Both the position numbers and the translations under genes were made by a program. A stretch of 62,373 bases of DNA, the filler included, from Choristocarpus tenellus KU-1152 (lineage: Eukaryota > Protista > Phaeophyceae), in NCBI GenBank assembly GCA_964200185.2. It is 13 parts of 13 records of this genome, joined end to end, with 100 filler letters (N's around TTAATTAATTAA, not from the genome) between each part and the next. Parts side by side here need not be neighbours in the genome. Positions count along the whole stretch, not along the records: positions 49,790 to 54,601 come from CAXNAD020012966.1; positions 54,702 to 58,123 come from CAXNAD020020141.1; positions 58,224 to 62,373 come from CAXNAD020015965.1; 10 more parts are not named here. One strand, written 5' to 3'. How positions within the stretch are numbered: the first letter of the stretch is position 1; each line of letters starts with the position of its first letter. The notes beneath the pieces were generated by a model, which saw only the letters and a list, made by a program, of their open reading frames with translations, ran no database searches and had not been told where the DNA came from. Shown piece by piece: positions 52,601-62,373 of this stretch.

Positions 52601-54444
52601 TAAGGTACACTTCACTATTGTCCTATTTTGCGCAACAGGTGATGAGTAGTGTTTTCTCGGATTTTGTTATTGGAGCTTGGTATGACTTGGTTTGTGGGTA
52701 TTAGTGCTTTACACTTCGTGACCCTATTGGATACACAGTGCCGTTTCTCCTCTCATTCTCAACACTACTCTTTTCTCTTTCTTGGTAGATTTAGAAGTTG
52801 ATCTCAACTCTCATAAACGTTGGTGACAGTTTGTGTGAGATTCGTCGTAGCTCAAGGCCATCGTAATTCACCAAATCTGTCTTTGAGCTTTGATCAAGAT
52901 ATTGCAGGGAATAGTAGAGGGAAAACAAGGATAATTGCTTGGCTCTGGCAGGCCCCAAGGAGAAGGCAGGGAAGGGTATAGATCCTAAGGTGGAAAGGGT
53001 TCTTGGTTGTGCAAGCGGGTTGGCTAGTTCAAGCCCTTGTCTTTCCCTTGAGGTAACTGGGGTCAAAATAATAATTTTCCACCATTGTGATAAAAAATTT
53101 CTGCTGGGTTACTGTTTTTGAGGGCGAAAGAAAGAATAAACAAGTAGTTGGTAAAATAGGGTACATGTGAAACAGATGGAAAGGGGCCGAGATCTGGTCA
53201 TGGGACGCTGGTAGCAGGTGTTTGATTGGTTCGCTCTCTTTGAATTATTTCACCATGAAAGTATGAAAAATATTCCCTGTCGTGTGGAACGTGTTGTGTC
53301 GTCTCATTGATCGAACTATATGCGAGTCAGAGGGATGTGGCATACGAAAATAGGGTAAGTGTGGTCCTCAAAGTACGGATAATGTACTAAGAGTGTCCCC
53401 GAAAGTGTTGTTAAAGTACTCTCCCTCTTCAGAACGATTGCCTTCGTCGCCACAGTGAAACAGATGGAAACAGGGCGACAGGTTCGTCAGACTGAAGAGG
53501 AGCGGGAAGACCCACAGGACGAAGGGAATGGAGTGAGACAAGGCAGGAGGGTGAGCAACCCCTTAGAAGATCACTCAGGAAAGAGTGAACAAGCAAAAGT
53601 GAATGAGTGGGATTCACAAGGTCCCCTTAAACCACCCGATATTTATTTCAAGCAAATGTTGACTTCAACATGCAAAGCAGATGTCATATGACCAACAGAC
53701 CTTGAAGTACCTCTTCTCAAGGCAGGTCGCCTTATAGGTATACCTTCGTTGAAAGATGGCTATCACGTGCAAGGTAAAGATAAAGAATATAAGATGGTGG
53801 TTATATCGTTGGGAGGAGACGTCTATACCAAACCCTGGGCATTGATACATGGGAGTGAAAGGGTTGAAAGTGAGAATTAAGTGCGTTTTTTATTCCTATC
53901 CACACCTTGGGTCATAACTGCGGAGATGGGGTGTCTTCTGTGAACGTTTATTGTGGTTGTTGGGGCTAGGAAAGGTAAAGTTCCAAACGGTGGGAAGAGT
54001 TGATATGATGGGCGTTATCATGTTATTATTACACGCCTCATATTTTTATCCGCACTTTAGTCTGGGACTGGGAACCTACCTCGATCCTACCTGGTCATGA
54101 CCCTTGATCAGAGGCACCACACACTGTATCTTGTGATGTACGTTTTATTATATCTACAAACTATCTGCCACACTAAGACCTCTCCCTGTAAGTGCCTTCC
54201 AATTTTCATTTTTTCTCATGATGGGTTCAGTCATCCCACTCCTCCCCTCCTCCTTTGAGTCTTCTGTAGTCGTCAGATTACAATAGTGTACCAATCACTC
54301 TACACTATTAAGGTTTTCCCATTTTTGTGTTCAGCCATGAGTGGGATTGTACAGATATCCTTTTCCTTGTGCTTCATGGAAATAATTTTTGCGGAAAAAA
54401 CGACGCATCAGCCAGGTTTGGACCTGGACAGTGGAAGTTGGGTA

Positions 54445-54601
54445 TAGTAGGTGCCCCTATTTTGGGCCAAATAGTATGAACCAAATAAAAAAATATGCAA
54501 TGTTGTACCGCTTTTTTCGACATGCTAAAAAAAATAGGCTTTTGTACCGCAATTATCCTATTCGGGCGATTTGGCACAAACTCCCAGAGATATTCACGCG
54601 A
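54445..54601 (+). mobile_element. Family D element end
   Basis: Reverse-complement homologue of 4265-4427, preceded by TA. Confidence 0.6.
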
Positions 54602-55922
54602 NNNNNNNNNNNNNNNNNNNNNNNNNNNNNNNNNNNNNNNNNNNNTTAATTAATTAANNNNNNNNNNNNNNNNNNNNNNNNNNNNNNNNNNNNNNNNNNN
54701 NCCCCCCAGATACTTTGAATCCACCAAGTGTTGTAAGAATTCAAGCCTGCACCAATGATCTCCTTAACTTCTCCTTGGTGCAATGATACTTAAGAATTCA
54801 CAGGTCACACTATCCCCCTCTGTACAAGTATGTGGCAGCTGAAAGTGAGACCTAACAAGACCACCAAACACAAGTACACATCTAGCTTGACAAGTATATC
54901 GAGAGAGGGTACTGATGGTATCATGCCTTGACTAGAGCCAAGGATCACAGAGGAGGACCACAGAGTAAATGTGCCTATCTCAATCAAAGTGGGTCAATCT
55001 CTAGGGCAGGCAGGGGCTGTGATGAGATTGATGTGTTGAGATTGTTGTGTTGAGATTGGTAACAGACAGACTCAGAGTAAACATAATTTCAAGCACTATC
55101 TTGAAGACATGTTTACCGCCACAAATTGGATTATTCTGTTAGGCACCCTAGGCTTGAACATTGTCCACGGCATGGGAACCAAGACGGAGGGATGAGAGCA
55201 GGTGTATATTGAAACACAACCTACTCTCATGGGTACCAGGGCAAGTATCCTTCCATACATACAAAGAACACATCAGAATCAACATGATCAATGCTTACCG
55301 TATTTCTGTTACAGGAGAATAGCGCGAGCATTTCTTCTCATGTTATAGCAAACACAAACACTCGTTACAGGCGAATGGTGCGAGCATTGCTTCTCACGCT
55401 CTAAAAAGTGCGAGTAGTATACGAGATTACTAGCACATAGGTAGCCTTACAGAATAAATGCTGATTCCCTAGAAGATACAGAGTAAGATTCGTAATACAT
55501 ACATAACATTACAGAAGAAAACGTCAAATTTCCTAAGAAGTTGCAGAATATAGTTTATGATTGGAGTACGATACAGCAGTTGCAGAGAAAACCAAAGAAA
55601 TAGGGTGGATGATGAAAATAATAAAAGGGATTTTGGTCAATATCATCACCCCTCTCAAAACAGTATATCTTGAACGAAACCTTGAGTTGAGGTTTGAGCT
55701 AAGCACTGAATGGAGTATAAAGAAAAGGTTGTCTGACACCCAACAAACTGTTACCAAGGGCAATGTCCCCATAGCGTCGTTTTAAGCTCGTTAGATTTGA
55801 GTTACACATCCTGTGAAGGTGAGTTCTGGGGCGTGCTGCAATATTTCCCCTCTGTGTCCATGCACCTATCTGCAGTAGATTGTCTCTTCGTTTCGCCCAT
55901 CTCAATGATATTAGAAGCTCAC

Positions 55923-56361
55923 CTTTAATGAAGTTCACGAGCCATGAATGGACTTCCTTCATGATGGCGCTGTCTGGGCTTCCGCCAAATTTGAAAACTG
56001 AGGTGCCAACATCTTTGATAAGCTTGTCTGATCTGCTGATCTCACTTTCAACCATGGGCTCCAACAAAGTGTTTCGAATGAGGGCACTTGCAACGTTTGA
56101 CCAAGTTTTGTCTTCTAACTTTCCGATGAGGCGAGTAGTGCCAGCGATGATGACCTTCAATTCGTCATCCATTGTCTTCACACACTGGCTATTGAGCTGA
56201 CTGAATGACGGAGCAAGGAAGACTACATGGCCTTCTTTTATTTTCTTGTCCACGTTGCTCATCTTGCTGAAGTCGAAGTTCTTCATCAAATCCTTGATGT
56301 CTTTTACGTTGTTGGGCAGACCAAAGGCAACAGGGAGTGATAATGCAGTAGGAGCTTCCAT
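55923..56361 (-). CDS. First exon of an uncharacterised protein
   Basis: ATG-initiated ~146-aa globular-looking segment of ORF 55699..56361 ending at a G|GTGAGC donor (55922). Downstream exons could not be reconstructed. Confidence 0.65.
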
Positions 56362-58294
56362 CTTGACCTTCGGGGATGATAATGCAACGTACAGGTTGTG
56401 TCTTTGCCTTTGTGTATTTGGCGATATGATATCCTGGCTGCTGATTAGTTGTGTGTGATCGTGGATATAGATGAGGAGGGTGGAGCTGGAATAAATCCCA
56501 CAAAACTATCATTTCCTTGAAGAACGCAAGATAACTCTAGTTCGAAGTATGTTTAAAAGGTTAGGAATGCCTGACAAGTTCTGGAATCTAGTGGTTGACG
56601 TTTTATAGAAATAGACTCCTTCGGTTTGTCACTTTTCAGTACACCACAACCGTAGCCCTCACAATCTATCCAGGATACTACAAGTATACTATTTTCTGCA
56701 GGGTAGTCTTAGTAGTTGTTCAATGATACTTAGAACTCGGGCCATCCGTATTAGGGTTGTCAGCTCGAGGATCCTATAGTCTCGACCTGATGACATCCAA
56801 TGAACCAACAGATTCTTCTCCGTGGTACCTGAGAACCATAAAAACGGTTTAGGTGGGGGCTCTCTACGACTGAAGTTATTCACAACAATAGTGATATGAT
56901 CCTATAGGGAAGAATCACAATGGAGGTTCTGCAGGATTTTTCTATAGGGTGGATCATGGCGAACGAAAGCCCGCCCTCACAATTTATCGACAAAGAGAGG
57001 TGCATATGGGAGATCAGAACCCTCGCGTTCCACAGGTACACTTTTCGTCTACAGGAGAGTCCTAGACGTAGCACAGTAGTGCCTAGAAGTTGAGAGGTCG
57101 GCGTGGAGATTGACCAGTCGGATTGGGAATATTCTCAACCTGATCACATCCTAAGGAGCAACAGATTCTTAGATGTGATAGCTGGGAGTATTAAGCGCGG
57201 TGCCCCACAGTTGCCGATTCATACATTTCGAAATCGTTCACAAGATGCAATTGATCCCATACAAGGCTACCATAATTGTGATTGTAAGGACTTTGAAACG
57301 AAGGCTGGATCATGGGGAAGCACAATGTCGGACAGGACGTGGGCAAGTGGTCAAATTCGCGAAAGGGGAAGAAGGCGAAGGCCGAGACACTAGCCTGGAG
57401 TGAAGCTACAAAATGTGCCGAGATGAAGAACTTAAAGCTGAAAAGTGTTGCAGTAACTAGTGCTACCTTGCCGCTGTGTGTGTTGGTACAAGCATATATG
57501 CTTCCAAGTAGACAGTTTCATATTCGTGTAGATCATGTTCGATACAATACGGAGTAGTATCGTACATTTAGGTATGATGGAGCAAATGGTTGACTGTGTC
57601 AGGCAGCACGATGTCACAGGCCGTAACCACATGACCTAATCGATGTTCAGCGTGTGCTTACTATGAAACCCACGAGGAATTCTGGTCACAAGCCTTCACG
57701 CGTGAAGCTCCACAACAAAGACAACCGAGAAGAATGAAATAAGCGAGCTGAGAGAATGAGAATCTCATTGCTCCCCCTGGAACTGAAGATGATATCCCTA
57801 GTCTCATAGATTGAAGTCGATGCAGAAGAGAAAGATGAAGACCAGGAGGAAGGATTCGGATGAAGAGGTTGATGGATACATGGCAGCTCGTCTGAGTATA
57901 ATAAAATATCTTGATGCTTCAATTCTTCAATGACACAAATGTCAATGGACAAAAAGGCCTAGAAAATAAGTGCCACACAATAACAAATAGGGATATATAG
58001 GTGTTATTTTGTGTCCATGAATAATGTACAAACTTCGGTGAAAGGGAATTATGGTCCGATCAAATAATACCAAAAGGCGGAAGAATATCTGCGGCGCAAC
58101 TTTGATGATTACAACTTTACAAGNNNNNNNNNNNNNNNNNNNNNNNNNNNNNNNNNNNNNNNNNNNNTTAATTAATTAANNNNNNNNNNNNNNNNNNNNN
58201 NNNNNNNNNNNNNNNNNNNNNNNGGGGCGGGAGGGGGGGGGGGGGGGGGGTAAGGGGAGAGGAGGGGGGGGGGGTGGGGGGTGGGGGTTGGGGT

Positions 58295-58342
<48 letters not shown>

Positions 58343-58488
58343 GCAGATATGACGGAAATGTTGAGGGTGGTATATCAGGTGGAAATGATAAAACTTGGGT
58401 GTAGAAGAGTTCAGGGTTCTGGTGACTTGAAAACTTGAGGAAATTATTGTCACAGAATGAATTCCTGTACAGCCCGAAATGTCCTCAC

Positions 58489-59411
58489 CCAGTGACCAAA
58501 GCGATGAATATCCCACTATTGAACGTCATAGCTGCTAGCATGAGTAGCAGCGATATGGCGTAGACAGATGCGGCAAACAGTGAGAGCATTAATCGTGATA
58601 CCCACGACAACTTCCGCTCAACACCACTCTCTCGGAGAGGCTGTTCAATCCCGTCTCCTAACGCAATGGTGACAAGGGGGGTGGAGACCGAGGTGAAGGC
58701 AGGAAAGTCGTTGCTTCTTCAGGACTCAAAACTGATTGTCATCTACTACTGCTTTAATCACCAATATTTATTCAACTGGCCTGATTTGGAGGAACGACGA
58801 AGGATTACCTGTACAGAGTCTGTCCTACTGTATTCACTACTCTACTTGGCTTCCCAGACATATTTCTATACCACTATTGTCTAGTAGTTAAATCGTGTTC
58901 TATGCTAGAAGTAATCCCACGTGAGATAGCAAAATCCCACTGGCATAGTAAGATTGACACCAACGTCCAGTTACAATTTGTGCCTGGGAGACATCGACGC
59001 ACCACGCCAGCAAGAAAAGTTGAAAGCTGCACTCACCAAAAATACCACTTCTTCGTGCGTCACGCGCTGCAAGTCCCTTTCGGATTACCATCCGCATTTG
59101 GGCATGGCGGAGACCTTGATAAGAAGCGGAGCAAAGAAAGAGAACTAACAAGGTGGTAGAGTACCCGATTGGGGTTTCCACATTCCACCAATTCCAGAGA
59201 ACTTTGACCTTATACTCACCCAAGGGAGAGAATGTCATGGACATGCTGGAAACGGAAGGGGAGGCCAAGGTTAATGGTTATCGAGATGGTTACTCTGCTT
59301 AAAATGACACACTTCAGCAGTGTGAGTTTGAAGAGCATCGTCTTTTCTCCTCTTCTCTCTCATGAGCACTCAGTCACCAGAGACACAATGCACTTCGAAC
59401 CTCATATCCAT
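58489..59411 (-). CDS. Ctr (SLC31/COPT) copper transporter, 3' end cut by contig limit
   Basis: Exons 59411-59401, 59245-59037 and 58657-58489 give MDMSMSMTF...LWNWWNVET, TM1, and the TM2 MxxxM motif in LLLMLAAMTFNSGIFIALVTG. Confidence 0.88.
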
Positions 59412-59865
59412 GTGTCCGTGTCCTCCTCCAAGTCTCTCTTCCTGACTTCCTTTCCTTCCGCAGTGCCAACCTGATGCCCTTGCTCTCCTCCTGGATTGGG
59501 AGCGACAACAGTCCTCTTCCTTGCCTCTTTCACGTATGCTCGTAGATCACAACTCAACCTCACTCTCCTACAGGATTTCCGGATACTACCGTTACAACGC
59601 AACAATGTTGTACCCCTGCAAGTTGGGAGCTGTGAGCTTGAGCGTTGGAGGTACGAGCTCGAGTTGCGAACGAAGGTGTTGTGAGCTGAGTTGTTATGAC
59701 AATGAACTTCAAAAACTGAACGATACAAAATGTAACACAGCACTCAAATTGGTAAGATAATCCACATTTTTTCTTGATGTTAAGTCCGATCAACTTCCAA
59801 CAACATTTTAAGGTACCAACCTCCTTGAGCACCCAATAGATTGAGCCCCACTGGGTGCTCTTGCC

Positions 59866-62332
59866 ATGCCCCTCTCAGCCTTTGGGCGTGCGCTGGCTGG
59901 CGTGAAGAAGCAGGCTGCTAAAGTGGGGAGTTCGGAAAACATCAAGTCGACCTCAGCAGTGACTTTGCCAAAGGACGATCTAGAGGCTGATGAGATATCT
60001 TTAACAGATGATCTTCACCTCGTACGGGTGGAGACTTTGACAATAACTCTCACTCCACTACCAGTGAACGGGGGTCGACCAGCATTGACAGCGTCTAGAT
60101 GGGAAGTTCGCAAAGCTCTGCTTTCCCTCTGCTCTGTGGAACCGTCGAAATTAGAGGTGAGATGCAAGGTAGTTGATGGTGATTTCAAGGGAAGAGAGAA
60201 CTGGTTTGTTAATATCGCACTGGTTGAATCTGGTGGTTGAAAAATGCTAATTGCTGAGTACCGCATTGACTGGTATCGCGGCTGCATCCTCGTGTCTCTC
60301 CACCCTTGAAGATGGTCAAGAAAAAGTAGGATGTTCACCGTTCTCTCAAGCTTAACTTGAGAATGGTCTGCTGTCTTTATCAGGTGGAAGTAACCCGGGC
60401 GTCTGCCACTGTCCGCGTTTCGTTCTATGCCCGGGAAGCCACAGAAGAGCTTTCCCGTAAGTTGCATGGCGTCGCTGTGTACATCGCAGGCATCAAACTA
60501 CGTGCTGCTAAAGTGAGGACAAGGAGGTTGGGTATGATTTAGGGCGAATGACTCCATTCAAGTAAGGGCTGTGTCAATTTGATATTTTTGGTGGCATATG
60601 GTCTCCCATCGCATTCTCAAAAGGTTAATATGTGACCTACCTGTAGCCCCTTCAATATCTAACCATTACATGGCAGTGACAAGGGTGGAAGTCATTTCCA
60701 AGTTGGCTGGTAAGGCAGAAATGCGACATAGAGCTCTCCATGGCTCACGATATCTTCCTCCCTTTCATCCCCTCCTGTTGCACCTAGGAGGAGTCAGAGT
60801 CTGCGGCTCTCTGTGAGGGCTCTGATTGGGAAACGGACTTGCTTAGTCGGGGTTTATCGGAGAGAGGACGGCAGGAGACTTTCTCACGCCTGGCCCCTGG
60901 ACACCGTCCTGACACTATCGTCCTTCGAGGCATCCCGGCGAATTGGCTGGGGGAGGGGGGGAGGGCTGCTGAGGGTACTTCGGCACAGGTATGTTGTGCA
61001 TAGTTGTGTTTCTATTTCTCGAACTTTCATGTATCCTTGTTATACCCACTTGTTAAGAGGGTGACTCGTGTAGCTATTTGGTGCCATCATTAGGCAGACC
61101 TGTGTATATATGCCCATGCCTTTGGACCTTGAAAGCACGCTCAAGTTTCCCACCTCCAACAATCCAGGGCCTAGTAAAAGCAATGAGCAGACTCGGGCAT
61201 GTGCGGTGTGTAGAGGTGGCACCTTCTGCTGCTGCGACAGGGGGCAACACATCTCCATCTCTTAGCTCAATGCACCTCAGCAAGGGGCAACAGTTGAACA
61301 ATTCCAGGCCGAGGAACAGAAGGGGGGGGACGTGGGGTGGAGCAGGATCCTTAGGACCAGGTGACTTGAGTGTGGATGCACTCCTTGCAGGTCTGGGACC
61401 TCCAGGGTCTTCCGCCAAGGGTTTTGGGGGAGGGGGAGCAGGAACTGCCACAGCAGGTACAGGAGTTGATGTGGGCCTTAATGTGGATGCATGGGTGCAG
61501 TTTTCCTCACTTTCTGGGTTGGAGAGGGCAGTGAAGACCTTCCGGGGAAGAGTCCTGCGCATGAACGGAGCAGATATGGTGTGTGAGTACAGGGTAGGGG
61601 TGGACATGGGAGGGTTTATGTCAGACAAACTGCAGAAGTCCAGAGCTGAAGCTCGCAGGAAGGAGGCAGAGGAGGTGAGATGACTCTGATGTAATGATAG
61701 GGAGAAATTGCTGAGATGGAGCATCTGGATGGGATGGGGGTGGGGGGTCTTTTTTCTTCGATGGTTGCTGTCGGTGACCTTGCTCACAATGTTGTGGGTT
61801 TCTGCTGTGGGGATGGTTCAACTCCTCACCAAGATAACTGTGAATAGGGTAGAAGGGTCCATGATTGGAAAGAACAAAATGCCCGCAGTCTGTCGCACCT
61901 GAGTGGGGTGTTTGGCCCCTTTCTTTTCACGAATGCATGTTGAGCCGCATTGTCATGTATCAGGGACGAGGGTGTGTTCTTCTTGGGGTTGTTGCAGGGG
62001 CGGATTCCGTAACCACAGCCCCACGGAATCCATATGGGATGTTTATTTCAGCCAGACTTAGACTTGAGGGGGGTTAGTGTTGGTATTTACCTTTTTCTTT
62101 GATGTGACTGCAAACATATGCCACAGCACTTGCTTCAACTCAGGCCAACTTGTTTCTGAACAATAAAACGAAAACCTGATTTAATACACAGGACAAGCAA
62201 CGCAAGATAGTCATTGCCCAGGCGGAGGCAGCCTTGCCCGGACTACGCCATGGCCTTGAGGAGCTACATGGATCCGTCCGAGCTGACAGCAGACTCGCTG
62301 GGGTAGAGGAAGTGCAGGAGGCCTTGAAGAAG
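59866..62332 (+). CDS. AKAP17A/XE7-like RRM-containing splicing factor, 3' end beyond window
   Basis: Exons 59866-60156, 60384-60512, 60788-60988, 61168-61674 and 62222-62332 are in frame. PGHRPDTIVLRGIPANW matches the AKAP17A PGERPDTI...W signature; followed by VDAWVQF...AVKTFRGRVL and a charged coiled coil. Confidence 0.75.
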
Positions 62333-62373
62333 GTGCGGCACAGTTGTGTAGGCCCGCCCACTCAGCTGGGTAA

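Noticed and set aside
51290-53690. Exon-like plus-strand fragments
   Set aside because: No consistent reading frame or recognisable family could be assembled.
25793-62373. Functional clustering of nuclease, adhesin, DUSP, Ctr and other genes as a system
   Set aside because: They lie on separate contigs joined artificially, so there is no evidence of linkage.

Overview
Eukaryotic, intron-rich and repeat-rich DNA, most likely from a brown alga or related stramenopile. This is inferred from interstitial CCCTAA/TTAGGG repeats, a Pmp-like adhesin gene and the intron style. The window is not one locus: it is 13 short contigs joined by artificial 100-nt spacers (N44-TTAATTAATTAA-N44), so adjacency across a spacer means nothing. 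Spliced genes read by hand: partial transportin-1 (10 exons, minus), the 3' part of a CDIN1/C15orf41-like nuclease, a secreted Pmp/adhesin-like protein, a DUSP-domain protein head-to-head with a coiled-coil gene, a Ctr copper transporter head-to-head with an AKAP17A-like gene, and one exon of an uncharacterised protein. Mobile DNA: a ~258-bp MITE family with GAG...CTC termini and 4-bp TSDs (Sola-like) plus a sister family, a hairpin MITE, Tc1/mariner-like ends, a decayed intron-containing PIF/Harbinger-type transposase, an RT-deleted Ty1/copia element, and a ~350-bp inverted-repeat pair. All family assignments rest on recognised motifs, not database searches. I found no convincing novel multi-gene system. 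The best leads are the Sola-like MITE families, the inverted-repeat structure, unusual splice sites in transportin, and the uncharacterised protein at 55.9-56.4 kb.
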